Of a stretch of DNA of 64,000 nucleotides, positions 47,494-57,406 are shown piece after piece. The DNA is from an uncultured Trueperaceae bacterium (GTDB lineage: Bacteria > Deinococcota > Deinococci > Deinococcales > Trueperaceae). The notes beneath the pieces were generated by a model, which saw only the letters and a list, made by a program, of their open reading frames with translations, made no database searches and had not been told where the DNA came from. Positions within the stretch are counted from its first letter, which is position 1. Every line of letters begins with the position of its first letter. Where the stretch lies: NCBI GenBank assembly GCA_963815215.1, contig CAWFFU010000010.1, positions 128,001 to 192,000 on the forward strand. The letters are read 5' to 3'. The position numbers and the translations under genes are program-made.

Positions 47494-48495
47494 ATGAGCG
47501 CAGCCAATCCCACCCCTCACGCCGACGGGACGGTCAGCGCCTTCCTGCGCCACCACTACCGCCACTTCAACGCCGCCACCCTGGTGGACGCGGCCGATGC
47601 CTACGTGCGCCACCTCGACGGCGGCGGCGCCATGATGGTCACCCTGGCCGGCGCCATGAGCACCGGTGAGCTGGGCCTGTCCCTTGCCCAGATGATCCGT
47701 CAGGACAAGGTACACGCGATCAGCACGACCGGGGCCAACCTCGAGGAGGACGTCTTCAACCTCATCGCCCACGACTTCTACGAGCGGGTGCCGCACTACC
47801 GCGACCTGACGCCGCAGCAGGAGAGGGGGCTGCTCGACCGGCACATGAACCGCGTCACCGACACCTGCATCCCCGAGGAGGAGGCCATGCGCCGGCTGGA
47901 GGGGGCACTGCTGGAGGCGTGGGTACGGGCGGACGCGGCGGGCGAGCGGTACTTCCCGCACGAGTTCCTGTACCGGTTGCTGCTGAGCGGCGCGCTGGAG
48001 GAGCACTACCAGATCGACCCGCGCGACTCCTGGCTGCTGGCCGCGGCGGAGAAGGACCTGCCGATCGTGACGCCCGGCTGGGAGGACTCCACCACCGGCA
48101 ACATGTTCGCCGCTCACGTCATCACCGGCGAGATCGGCAACGCTCACACCGTCAAGAGCGGCATCGAGGCGATGACCTACCTGGCCGACTGGTACACCCG
48201 CACCGCGCAGGAGCGCAGCATCGGGTTCTTCCAGATCGGTGGGGGCATCGCCGGCGACTTCCCCATCTGCGTGGTGCCGATGCTGCACCAGGACCTACAG
48301 CGCGAGGGCGTGCCGATGTGGGGCTACTTCTGCCAGATCAGCGACTCCACCACCAGCTACGGCTCGTACTCCGGCGCCGTACCCAACGAGAAGATCACCT
48401 GGGGCAAGCTCTCGGTGGATACGCCGAAGTTCATCGTGGAGTCCGACGCCACCATCGTCGCGCCGCTCATGTTCGCGCTGATCCAGGGTCTCTAG
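47494..48495 (+). CDS. Deoxyhypusine synthase-like protein (bacterial polyamine aminobutyltransferase family)
   Basis: HFNAA, LAGAMST, TGANLEED, IGGGIAGDF, YGSYSGAVPNEKITWGK; start 47494, 47485 or 47455. Confidence 0.9.
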   Translation: MSAANPTPHADGTVSAFLRHHYRHFNAATLVDAADAYVRHLDGGGAMMVTLAGAMSTGELGLSLAQMIRQDKVHAISTTGANLEEDVFNLIAHDFYERVPHYRDLTPQQERGLLDRHMNRVTDTCIPEEEAMRRLEGALLEAWVRADAAGERYFPHEFLYRLLLSGALEEHYQIDPRDSWLLAAAEKDLPIVTPGWEDSTTGNMFAAHVITGEIGNAHTVKSGIEAMTYLADWYTRTAQERSIGFFQIGGGIAGDFPICVVPMLHQDLQREGVPMWGYFCQISDSTTSYGSYSGAVPNEKITWGKLSVDTPKFIVESDATIVAPLMFALIQGL

Positions 48496-48510
48496 GGGCC
48501 GGGCTCCCGC

Positions 48511-49443
48511 TCACGCCGCCGGAACGCCGATCCCTACCAGCGGATCGCCGGCGTTGATGGCGAGGCTGGTCACCGCGAACAGCACCGTGCCGTCAACGGT
48601 GCTGCGCGCCTGCTGCAGTGTCTCGCCCAGCAGGTCGGTGACGGTCCCCAGCGCCTGACCGGGATGCACGCGCTCGCCGACCGTGACGGCGGGGTACCAG
48701 CAACCGGCGTGCTCGCTGCGCGACCAGGCGAAGGTATCGATGACCCGGCTCGGCTCGCCGGCCGGAACGTCCCCCTCGCCCATGCCGAGGTGCGCCAGGA
48801 CGCGCCGCGAGCCCTCCTCGAGCATGCCCACGGCGCTGTCGGGCCACAGCCCCTGGCCGCCGGCCTCCGCCAGCACGGCCGGGATCCCCAGGTCGTGGGC
48901 GGCGGCGAAGGTCATGCCGGCCCCGGCCTCCTCGATCCGGAAGGGGAGTCCGAACGCGTCGGCCATGGCGGCGCTGGCGGCGTCATCGCGCCAGTGGATG
49001 GCGAACGGTGTGAGCGCCTCGATGAGGTCGCCGCCGTGAAGGTCCAGGTAGGCGTCGGCACCCGTCATGAGCTCGTGGACGAGCCAGTGCGCCAGGCGCT
49101 CGCTGGCGCTGCCGTCGGCCCGACCCGGGAAGACGCGGTTGAGGTTCTTGCCGTCCAGCGGGTTCAGGTAGATGCTGCGCGCGACGTAGGCGCTGGTGTT
49201 GACGATCGGTACGATCACGAGCCGTCCCGTCAGCGCGGCGGGGTCGAGGGTGGCCAGCCGCTGGGCGGCCGCGATCGACGCGTACTCGGCGCCGTGGATG
49301 CCGGCGGTCACCAGCAGGGTGGGGCCGGCGGCTCGACCCTGGAGGACGTGGCATGGCACGGGGGGCGCCTCGTCGAGCGGCGCCAGCAGCCCGGACCAAC
49401 GCGAGCCGGGTGCGAGGCCATCGGGAGGGCGGATCGGAGCCAC
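48511..49443 (-). CDS. Succinylglutamate desuccinylase/aspartoacylase (M14) family protein
   Basis: AGIHGAE, DGKNLNRVFPG, LDLHGGD, AEAGG. Confidence 0.9.
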   Translation of the reverse strand: MAPIRPPDGLAPGSRWSGLLAPLDEAPPVPCHVLQGRAAGPTLLVTAGIHGAEYASIAAAQRLATLDPAALTGRLVIVPIVNTSAYVARSIYLNPLDGKNLNRVFPGRADGSASERLAHWLVHELMTGADAYLDLHGGDLIEALTPFAIHWRDDAASAAMADAFGLPFRIEEAGAGMTFAAAHDLGIPAVLAEAGGQGLWPDSAVGMLEEGSRRVLAHLGMGEGDVPAGEPSRVIDTFAWSRSEHAGCWYPAVTVGERVHPGQALGTVTDLLGETLQQARSTVDGTVLFAVTSLAINAGDPLVGIGVPAA

Positions 49444-49457
49444 GGTCCGGCTCCCGC

Positions 49458-50216
49458 TCAGCCCTGCTCGAGAGGACGGATCAACACCTCGTTGATGCTC
49501 ACCCGCTTCGGGCGCGTGACCACGTAGCGGATGGCGTCGGCGATGTCCTCGCTCTGCAGCATCTCCATCTTGGCGATGTTGGTCTCGTAGCGTTCCTTGG
49601 TGGCGGCGTGAGGGATGTGGTCGGTCAGCTCGGTGGCGACCACCCCGGGCTCGATGAGCGTCACCTTGATGCCGTCGCCGTTGACCTCCCGCCGCAGGGC
49701 CTCACTGAAGCCGTTCACGCCCCACTTGGTGGCGTTGTAACCCCCTTGGGTGGGGCCCGCGAAGCGTCCGGAGACCGACGAGACGTTGACGATGTGCCCG
49801 CCGCCGCGCGAGCGCATCGGGGCGATCGCCGCTCGGCACGCCACCATCAATCCCAGCAGGTTGATATCGATCATGCGCTCCCAGTCCGCGGGGTCGGTCT
49901 CCTCGATCGGCCCCAGGAACATGACGCCGGCGTTGTTGACCAGCACGTCGAGGCCGCCGAGCGCTTCGACGGTGGCGTCGACCGCCCGTTGTGCGCCGTT
50001 GCGGGTGGCGAGGTCGCCGACGTGCACGAAGACCTCGCTGCCGGCCCCGCGCAACTCGGCGGCCAGCGCCTCGAGCCGGTCGGCTCGGCGGGCGCTCAAC
50101 GCGAGGTTGGCGCCTTCGCGGGCCAGCGCACGGGCCGTGGCCTCCCCGATCCCGCTCGAGGCCCCCGTCACCAGCGCCACCTTGCCGTGAAGCGTGCCTA
50201 CTGTGGTTTCGTTCAT
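49458..50216 (-). CDS. SDR family oxidoreductase
   Basis: TGASSGIG, NNAG, YNATK. Confidence 0.92.
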   Translation of the reverse strand: MNETTVGTLHGKVALVTGASSGIGEATARALAREGANLALSARRADRLEALAAELRGAGSEVFVHVGDLATRNGAQRAVDATVEALGGLDVLVNNAGVMFLGPIEETDPADWERMIDINLLGLMVACRAAIAPMRSRGGGHIVNVSSVSGRFAGPTQGGYNATKWGVNGFSEALRREVNGDGIKVTLIEPGVVATELTDHIPHAATKERYETNIAKMEMLQSEDIADAIRYVVTRPKRVSINEVLIRPLEQG

Positions 50217-50800
50217 GCGTCCGTCCCTTCGTGGCCCGGATCGCGCTCCGCGCGCAGCCAGGCGAGTGCGTGGTTCTGGAGCTCCTCGGTACGCTCGGCG
50301 GCGACCACGATCACACCGTCGGCGTCGGCGAGGACCAGATCGCCGGGAGCGATGCTCACCCCCGCGACCTCCACGGCGACATCCAGCGATCCGGCCGAGG
50401 TCGGCTCGCCGCGGGCCGGCAGGCTGCCGCGGGCGCGGACGGCCAGGCCGGTGGCGGCGACCGCGCGAACATCGCGAACGTAGCCGTCGACGATCACGCC
50501 GGCTGCGCCGCGTTCCAGGGCGACGGCCGTGAGCCGGTCGCCCCATAGCGCGGCCTCGAGGCCGGCCGCCGCGATCACCAGGACCTCGCCGGGTCGCAGC
50601 GCCTGCGCGCCTGCGCGCACCGCCGCCAGGTCGCCGTCCGGCGCGGACACGGTGCGTGCGACGCCGGCGAAGTCCCCGCCGAGGTGCACCTGCCACACCG
50701 GACCGGTGGCGCGGGCCACGCCGCGGTCGCACAGCATGCAGCTGACGCCGCCGTCGGCCAGGGCCGGGGCGAGCAGGCGTGCGGCGTCGCCGGCGCTCAC
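50213..50800 (-). CDS. RraA/HMG-aldolase family protein
   Basis: FAGVARTV, ALWGD, DGYVRDV, PGDLVLADADGVIVV. Confidence 0.85.
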   Translation of the reverse strand: MSAGDAARLLAPALADGGVSCMLCDRGVARATGPVWQVHLGGDFAGVARTVSAPDGDLAAVRAGAQALRPGEVLVIAAAGLEAALWGDRLTAVALERGAAGVIVDGYVRDVRAVAATGLAVRARGSLPARGEPTSAGSLDVAVEVAGVSIAPGDLVLADADGVIVVAAERTEELQNHALAWLRAERDPGHEGTDA

Positions 50801-50844
50801 GAGCGGCGCCTCACGAGCGGTAACTCACGAGGCGTGCCTCACAG
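50796..50844 (-). repeat. Diverged 4 x 14-bp repeat forming a chain of three GTGA-coupled 5-codon mini-ORFs
   Basis: TCAC at 50797, 50811, 50825, 50839. Confidence 0.8.
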
Positions 50845-52356
50845 GTCGTACAGCTCCCGGTACTTGCCGTCGAGGTAGGTGAGGTAGGGCTCCGGAGCGA
50901 GGCCACGGCCGGTGGCGCGCGTCAGCAGCGCATCCGGGGAGTAGCGCCGTCCGTGCCGGTAGACGTTCTCCTGCAGCCAGGCGCGTAGGGGAGCGGTGTC
51001 GCCGCGCTCCAACGCCGGCGTGATCGCCGGTTCCTGCGCCCGAGCCGCTTCCAGCCACTGCGCGCTCATCACGTTGCCGATGGTGTAGGTCGGGAAGCTC
51101 CCGAACAGCCCGGTCGACCAGTGGATGTCCTGCAGGCAGCCGCGCGCGTCGTCGGGCACCTCGAGGCCGAGGGTGGCCTCGACGCCCGCGTTCCAGGCCT
51201 CGGGCAGGTCCCGCACGCTCAACGAGCCGTCGAGCAGGGCCATCTCGATCTCCACGCGCAGCATGATGTGGAGGTTGTAGGTCACCTCGTCGGCCTCGAC
51301 CCGGATCAGGCTGGGCTCGACGTGGTTGACGGCCCGGTAGAAGGCCTCGGCGTCGACGTCGGCGAGCTGCTCGGTGAAATGGTCGCGGAGCGCCCCGAAG
51401 TGGGCTCGCCAGAAGGGCCGGCTGCGGCCGACCAGGTTCTCCCACAGCCGGGACTGGCTCTCGTGGGTGCCGTAGCTGCTGCCCGCCACGGCGTAGAGCC
51501 CCGGAACGTCGGTGGTGAAGGCGGTGCGAACGTAGGCGGGGTCCACCCCCTGCTCGTAGAGCGCGTGGCCGGCCTCGTGCAGCGTGCCGAACAGGCTCAT
51601 CGGCAGGTAGTCGCGCCGGAAGCGCGTCGTGATGCGCACGTCGTCGCGGGTGAAGGAGATCTCGAAGGGGTGCGCCGACACGTCGAGCCGCCCGCGTCCC
51701 AGGTCGTAGCCGATCAGCCGGGCGAAGTGCAGCGCCGCGTCACGTTGCGCGCTCTCCGGGTAGTCCCGCTGCAGGAAACGCCGGTCCGCGACCACGTCGC
51801 TCGCGCGGATCCCTTCCAGCAGCGGCAGGATGCCACCGCGCAGGGCGCCGAACAGGTCCTGGAGGCGGGCGGCCGTCATGCCGGGCTCGTACAGGCCGAC
51901 CAGGGCATCGTACGGATGCTCCCGGTAGCCGATCGCCTGGGCCAGGCGCTGCTGCAGCTCCAGCATGTGCTCCAGCGCGGGTGCGAAGGCCGCCATGTCG
52001 TCGTCGGCGCGAGCGCGTTCCCAGGCGGCCTGCGCCACCGAGCGATGCTCGGCGAGCGCCTCGACCAGGCCGTCGGGCAGGCGCTGCAGCAGCTCGAGCG
52101 CGTCGGCGAGCTGATCGAGCTCGTCCGCTTCCTCGGCGCTCGCGCTCTCGGCGCGGGCCTCCTGCAATGCCCCGACGAGCTCGCGCGACAGCAGGCGCTC
52201 GCGTGCCACCTTCGACAGGGTGGCGAGCTGCTTGCCGCGCGCCGCCGCGCCTTGCGGCGGCATCTGGGTGCGGGCGTCCCAGGTCAGCAGGTTGACGGCG
52301 CACAGCAGGTCGTTGATCTCGGCGACGTGGCTGCGCACCCGTTCGATCGTCCTCAT
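50839..52356 (-). CDS. Carboxypeptidase M32 (Taq-type)
   Basis: HPF, DVRITT, HEAGH, HESQS, IRVEADE, GCLQDIHW, FPTY. Confidence 0.95.
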   Translation of the reverse strand: MRTIERVRSHVAEINDLLCAVNLLTWDARTQMPPQGAAARGKQLATLSKVARERLLSRELVGALQEARAESASAEEADELDQLADALELLQRLPDGLVEALAEHRSVAQAAWERARADDDMAAFAPALEHMLELQQRLAQAIGYREHPYDALVGLYEPGMTAARLQDLFGALRGGILPLLEGIRASDVVADRRFLQRDYPESAQRDAALHFARLIGYDLGRGRLDVSAHPFEISFTRDDVRITTRFRRDYLPMSLFGTLHEAGHALYEQGVDPAYVRTAFTTDVPGLYAVAGSSYGTHESQSRLWENLVGRSRPFWRAHFGALRDHFTEQLADVDAEAFYRAVNHVEPSLIRVEADEVTYNLHIMLRVEIEMALLDGSLSVRDLPEAWNAGVEATLGLEVPDDARGCLQDIHWSTGLFGSFPTYTIGNVMSAQWLEAARAQEPAITPALERGDTAPLRAWLQENVYRHGRRYSPDALLTRATGRGLAPEPYLTYLDGKYRELYDL

Positions 52357-53786
52357 GCCTTCCTCCATGTCGACGGCAGCGCGCGCCACAGGCGCGCCCA
52401 GGCCTGCTGGCCCAGGCGGAAGCGCTCCGGCCGGTAGAACTCGTTGGGAGCGTGGATGTCCTCATCTCCGGTGCTGAACGAGAAGAACACCGTGTCGGCG
52501 CCGAGCGCTTCGCGGAAGGTGGAGGTGATCGGCACGCTGCCGCCCATCCCCACGAGGGTCGGGGCCGAGCCGAACACACTCCGCAGCGTGTCGGCGGCCG
52601 CACGTACCGCCCAGTGGTCGTCCGCCACGCGGTAGGCGGGCGCGCCCGCTCCGGGGCCCCGGACCTCCAGCGTGACGCCGGGCGGGCAGTGGGCTTCGAG
52701 GTGGCGGCGCACCGCGGCGCCGACGGCGTCGGGGTCCTGCCCGGGCACCAGACGGCAGCTCAACTTGAACGTCGCCTCGCTCGGGAGCACGGTCTTGCTG
52801 CCCGGGCCCTGGTAGCCACCGTAGAGTCCATTCACTTCGAGGGTGGGCCGGTACCACTGGCGCGCCAGCGTGCCGTAGCCAGGCTCGCCGAAGGGCGCGG
52901 ACGCCCCCACCTCGTCCAGGTACGCGGCCTCGTCGAACGGCAGGCGCTCGAGCGCGGCCAGCGTCGCGGCATCGGGGGGCTCGGCGCCGTCGTAGAAGCC
53001 GGCGACCGCCACGCGCCCGCCGTCGTGGAGGCCCGCTACCAACTCCGCTGCGGCGTGCAACGGATTCGCCACGCCGCCACCGTGGCGGCCCGAGTGCAGG
53101 TCCTTGCCGGGGCCGCGCACCGTCGCTTCGAGTGTGGTCATGCCCCGCGCGCCGGTCACCAGGGTGGGCACGTCGGGCCGCCACATGCCGCCGTCGGCCG
53201 AGAGCACCACGTCGCACGCCAGGGCGGAGGCGCGCTCGCGCACCAGCGGCCCCAGGCTGGGGCTGCCGATCTCCTCCTCGCTCTCGAACAGGAAGCGCAG
53301 GTTCACGGGAGGTCGTTCGCCGGCCCGTGAGAACGCCTCCGTCACCAGGATCGGGATGAGCATGGAGGCCTTATCGTCGCTGACGCCGCGACCGTAGAGC
53401 CGCCCGTCGCGCTCGGTGAGCTCGAACGGGGGCGAGTGCCACGCCGCCAGCGGCTCCGGCGGCTGAACGTCCATGTGGCCGTAGACGAGAACCGTCGGCG
53501 CGCCGTCGCCGGCGGCGTCCCAGCGCGCGTAGACGGCAGGATGCCGGGGCGTGTCCCACACCTCGACCTCGAGCTCGGGGATGGCCCGCAACCGCTCGGC
53601 CACCCAGGCCGCGGCCCGCCGCACCTCGCCGGAGCGCTCCGGGTCGGTGCTCACCGACGGGATCGCCACGAAGTCGCGAAGTAGCTCCAGCGAGCGTTCG
53701 TAGCCGTCGGCCAACAGGGCGGAGACCGCGTCGTCGCCGGACGGTGCTGTCTCGGGCGCATCCGGTCGGTCGCCGTGCGCGGGCAC
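52353..53786 (-). CDS. M20 family dipeptidase
   Basis: YGHMDVQP, GRGVSDDK, ESEEEIGS, DLHSG, IHAPNE. Confidence 0.93.
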   Translation of the reverse strand: MPAHGDRPDAPETAPSGDDAVSALLADGYERSLELLRDFVAIPSVSTDPERSGEVRRAAAWVAERLRAIPELEVEVWDTPRHPAVYARWDAAGDGAPTVLVYGHMDVQPPEPLAAWHSPPFELTERDGRLYGRGVSDDKASMLIPILVTEAFSRAGERPPVNLRFLFESEEEIGSPSLGPLVRERASALACDVVLSADGGMWRPDVPTLVTGARGMTTLEATVRGPGKDLHSGRHGGGVANPLHAAAELVAGLHDGGRVAVAGFYDGAEPPDAATLAALERLPFDEAAYLDEVGASAPFGEPGYGTLARQWYRPTLEVNGLYGGYQGPGSKTVLPSEATFKLSCRLVPGQDPDAVGAAVRRHLEAHCPPGVTLEVRGPGAGAPAYRVADDHWAVRAAADTLRSVFGSAPTLVGMGGSVPITSTFREALGADTVFFSFSTGDEDIHAPNEFYRPERFRLGQQAWARLWRALPSTWRKA

Positions 53787-53789
53787 CGC

Positions 53790-54557
53790 TCAGCGCCCCC
53801 CGTCGACGGACAGCGTCTGCCCGGTGATCCAACCGGCCTGGTCGCTGGCGAAGAACAGCACCGCATTGACGATGTCCTCCGGCGCACCCAGGCGCTTCAG
53901 CGCGATGCCCTGCACCAGCTTGCGCTGCCCCTCCTCGCCGTACGACGCCCACTGCTTCTCGGTGGTCGGATTGGAGAGCACGAAACCGGGGGCCACGGAG
54001 TTCACCGTGATCCCCCAGGATCCGAGCTCGTGGGCCAGCTGGCGGGTGAGGCCGATCTGTCCGGCCTTGGCCGCGGCGTACGCCTGGATGCCGGTGAGAC
54101 TGATGCCCAGGCCCGCCCCGCTGGAGATGTTCACGATGCGGCCGGCGCGGGCGGCCTTCATCGTCGGCGCGACGGCGCGGCTGGTGTGGAAGGCGCCATC
54201 CAGGTTGACGGCGAAGATACGTCGCCAGTCCTCGTCCGGGACCTCCTCGAGAGGCCTCCCGACCTGGCCGAGCACGCCGCCGGCGTCGTTCACGAGGATG
54301 TCGAGGCGACCGCTGGCGGCCAGCGCGTGCCCGACCCAGGCGTCCACGGCCTGGCGATCGGAGACGTCGACGGCGGCTACCTCCAGCGGGTGGCCGGCGT
54401 CCTGCGCCAGCCGCCCGGTCTCTGCGAGCTCGGTGGCGGCGACGTCGCTGGCGAAGACCGACGCCCCCAGTCGGGCGAGCCCGAGGGCGATGGCGCGGCC
54501 GAAGCCGTGCGCCGCGCCGGTCACGAGCGCGGTCCTTCCGTCAAAGCGCAGCTGCAT
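53790..54557 (-). CDS. SDR family oxidoreductase (FabG-like)
   Basis: TGAAHGFG, YAAAKAG, WITGQTLSVDGG. Confidence 0.9.
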   Translation of the reverse strand: MQLRFDGRTALVTGAAHGFGRAIALGLARLGASVFASDVAATELAETGRLAQDAGHPLEVAAVDVSDRQAVDAWVGHALAASGRLDILVNDAGGVLGQVGRPLEEVPDEDWRRIFAVNLDGAFHTSRAVAPTMKAARAGRIVNISSGAGLGISLTGIQAYAAAKAGQIGLTRQLAHELGSWGITVNSVAPGFVLSNPTTEKQWASYGEEGQRKLVQGIALKRLGAPEDIVNAVLFFASDQAGWITGQTLSVDGGR

Positions 54558-55617
54558 GCGGGTCCCCTTCCGGCTGGTCCTCGGCGATGGCGGCGAGGTT
54601 CTCCCAGGCGCGCGCCCGCCGTCCGTTCTCGACATCGTGCATCAACTCCACCAGCCGTCGCAGGTAGGGAACGGCGACGCCGTGCCCGTCGGCGATGCCA
54701 AGGATGGGCGCGAACTGGGCGTCGGTCTCGGTCTTGCGGTGGTGCACGGCGAGGTCGCGCCACACGCCCGAGTGGGTCTTGGCCGAGCGTTGGTTGAAGG
54801 CGACCATGGCGTCGAAGGAGGCCTTGCGGGCTGCGGCGTCTCCCCCCGGCGCGAAGGCCGCCGGATCGAAGCCGTTGAAGCCGACCGGCCTGGCCCCGTG
54901 GGCGCTCGCCACCTCCATGACCTCTCGAGCCAGGGTCGCCAGCACCGGCTGGACCGTGGCGTCGGCCAGGGTGTCGACGATGCTGGCATCGGTCAGAGCC
55001 TCGGCGAACAGCATCGCGCCGTAACCCATCTTCCCCCACAGGTAGCCCCAGATGTTGTCCGTGGTCTCGGCGCCGGGCTCGAAGTCGCGCAGGGCGATCG
55101 TCAGCCGTTGCAGCCGCTCGCTGGCGCGCCCGTCGAGCTCGCCGAGCACCACCGCGCCGCGGCCGGAGAACTGCACGATCCCGGGCTCGAGCACGTCGGC
55201 GCCGAAGTTCACGAACGCACCCATGGTGCGCTCCGCGCCCACCGACTGGGCGAGCACGACCTCGTTCAGACCGTTCTGCATCGACACCACGCAACCGCCC
55301 TCGGACACGTGCGGCGCGAGCCGGGCCGCGGCACGCTCGGTATCGAGCGCCTTGACGGCCAGCAGCACCCAGTCCCAGGTGCCGTCGACCTCGTCGGGGC
55401 CGACGATGGGGGCGTGCACCGTGAACGTGTCGATGGGCCCGACGATGCGCAGGCCGTCGCGGCGCACCGCCTCCACGTGCGCCTGGTTGGCGTCCACGAA
55501 GGTGACGTCGTGGCCTGCGCGTGCCAGATGCGCGCCTACCACGCCACCGATCGCCCCCGCACCCCACACCAGCGCCCGTAGGCGCGGCCTTGCCGGCGCG
55601 TCGTCGTTCAGTTCCAC
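54541..55617 (-). CDS. Ketopantoate reductase (PanE/ApbA) family protein
   Basis: GAGAIGG, LLAVKA, MQNGL, WGK, SGVWRDL...TETD; GTG start after GGAGG. Confidence 0.85.
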   Translation of the reverse strand: MELNDDAPARPRLRALVWGAGAIGGVVGAHLARAGHDVTFVDANQAHVEAVRRDGLRIVGPIDTFTVHAPIVGPDEVDGTWDWVLLAVKALDTERAAARLAPHVSEGGCVVSMQNGLNEVVLAQSVGAERTMGAFVNFGADVLEPGIVQFSGRGAVVLGELDGRASERLQRLTIALRDFEPGAETTDNIWGYLWGKMGYGAMLFAEALTDASIVDTLADATVQPVLATLAREVMEVASAHGARPVGFNGFDPAAFAPGGDAAARKASFDAMVAFNQRSAKTHSGVWRDLAVHHRKTETDAQFAPILGIADGHGVAVPYLRRLVELMHDVENGRRARAWENLAAIAEDQPEGDPHAAAL

Positions 55618-56306
55618 GGCCCCTCCAGGGCGGCGCGCGTCTCCTCGACGCCGGCACGCCACACGACCTCCATCGCCTCGTCGGGCTTCTGGTAGGCGCC
55701 GCCCATGTTGCCGTCGCCCAGCATGTCGCGGACCTCGGGCGCGGTCATCAGGCGCATGCGCGTCATGTCCGTCATCGGCTTGGCGCCGTCGGGCGGGTGC
55801 ACGCCTTCGAGCCGGGTCCAGGCGAAGTTCTCCATCCAGGAGGCGTGCGAAGCGGCCTCGTCGATGGCGTGGACGGCGGCGAACGTCGCCGGCGCGTTCC
55901 ACCAGTTGTGCCACTTCACGCGCACCCCAGGGTGGGTGTTCATCCACTCCTGAACGACCGATCCGGCGGCGCTGTTGCCGCCGTGCCCGTTGACGAACAG
56001 CACCCGCTTGAAGCCGGTGGCGGCGAGGCTCTCCAGGATGTCCTCGACGATGCGGCGATAGGTGTCCAGGCGCAGGCTCACCGAGCCCGGGTAGGACAGG
56101 AAGTAGGGTGTCACGCCGTAGTTGAGGGTGGGGAAGACGGGCACACCCAACGGTGCAGCGGCCTCGCGCGCCACGCGCTCGGCCAGGATGTTGTCCACCG
56201 CCAGGCTGAGGTAGCCGTGTTGCTCGGTGCTCCCCATCGGGACGACGGCGCGATCGTCGCGCTCCAGCTGCTTCTCGACCTGCATCCAATTCATCGCGTG
56301 GATCAC
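55608..56306 (-). CDS. Creatininase family amidohydrolase
   Basis: PMGSTEQHGYL...D, NGHGGN, SHASWME. Confidence 0.9.
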   Translation of the reverse strand: MIHAMNWMQVEKQLERDDRAVVPMGSTEQHGYLSLAVDNILAERVAREAAAPLGVPVFPTLNYGVTPYFLSYPGSVSLRLDTYRRIVEDILESLAATGFKRVLFVNGHGGNSAAGSVVQEWMNTHPGVRVKWHNWWNAPATFAAVHAIDEAASHASWMENFAWTRLEGVHPPDGAKPMTDMTRMRLMTAPEVRDMLGDGNMGGAYQKPDEAMEVVWRAGVEETRAALEGPWN

Positions 56307-56311
56307 ACGCC

Positions 56312-57406
56312 TCACTCCTTTGCGTCGCGCTCCTGCCGCACGCTCTCGAGCGTGGGGAGCAGGAGGCGGCTGATGGAACCGACCTCGGGTTCGTACCGGA
56401 ACTCGAAGGCGTCGATGTCGGGGGGAACGTGGGCGAGCGCGTTCCGGCTGCCGCTGGCATAGACCATCACGGTGCAGCGGCGTTGCGCCAGGGCGAGCGC
56501 CGCGGGATCGAGCGGCACCGCCTCGATCTTGCGCACGTGCGGGCAGAAGCGTGTCACGTTGCGGCGCAGCGTGGGGAGGAAGTCGGGGATGCTGGCGACC
56601 ACCATCACGCAGGCATCGGACGGCACCGCGGCGAGGCGCGTGCGCGTCTCCCGCGAGGGATGGAAGGCGAGGCTCAGCACGGGCACGTCGCCACCCACCC
56701 GGGCACGCAGCTCGGCCTCGCGGTTGGCCAGGGTGACGTAGACGTCGGGCGCGGTGTCGCTCGAGCCCGGCAGCGCGATGGCGTCGGCGTCGAAGGTGGT
56801 CCATTCCAGCACGTCGCCGGGCGGGAGGTGGCGACGGATGGCCTCGACGTACGCCACGGTCGCGTCAGGGAAGATGCCGACGAACAGGATGTGGACGCTG
56901 CGTCCGGTGCGGGCGGGTCGATGAGCGCGCACCGTCACCGCCTCGGCGGCGGCGCTGCGCGAGAAGCCGAGCGCCTCGGCCGCCGTGAAGAAGGTGTCGA
57001 CGGCGTGGCTCAGCGCCAGCATGGCCTCCGTGGCCTGTTGTGGCGGAAGGCGTTCGGGCACGAAGGTGCCGCGGCCCTGCTGGCTCTCCAGCAGCCCCTG
57101 CTGGCGCAGCTCGCGGTAGACCTGCGAGACCGTCACCGGCGCCAGGTGGAGCAGGCGCGCCAGCTCGCGCACCGACGGGAGCTTGCTGCCCCGCGGGATC
57201 TCGCCCGTGGCGATGCCGTACTCGATCTGGCCTCGCAACTGGACGCCGACCGGCAGGGGGAGGTCGCGGTCCAAGGCCAGACGCCAGGGGGCCGCGCCGG
57301 TTTGGAACTCGATGGCGGCGTCCGCCTGCGGCGCGGCCGGCCGGTCGCGCGCCTCGCCCACCGGCACGGCCGGGTCCAGCGCCTCCGAGGGGCCGGAGCG
57401 GGTCAC
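56312..57406 (-). CDS. GntR-family regulator, paralogue of 4501-5541
   Basis: QLRGQIEYGIATG...LPSVRELA...PVTVSQVYREL...GRGTFV; GTGA overlap with upstream ATPase. Confidence 0.88.
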   Translation of the reverse strand: MTRSGPSEALDPAVPVGEARDRPAAPQADAAIEFQTGAAPWRLALDRDLPLPVGVQLRGQIEYGIATGEIPRGSKLPSVRELARLLHLAPVTVSQVYRELRQQGLLESQQGRGTFVPERLPPQQATEAMLALSHAVDTFFTAAEALGFSRSAAAEAVTVRAHRPARTGRSVHILFVGIFPDATVAYVEAIRRHLPPGDVLEWTTFDADAIALPGSSDTAPDVYVTLANREAELRARVGGDVPVLSLAFHPSRETRTRLAAVPSDACVMVVASIPDFLPTLRRNVTRFCPHVRKIEAVPLDPAALALAQRRCTVMVYASGSRNALAHVPPDIDAFEFRYEPEVGSISRLLLPTLESVRQERDAKE

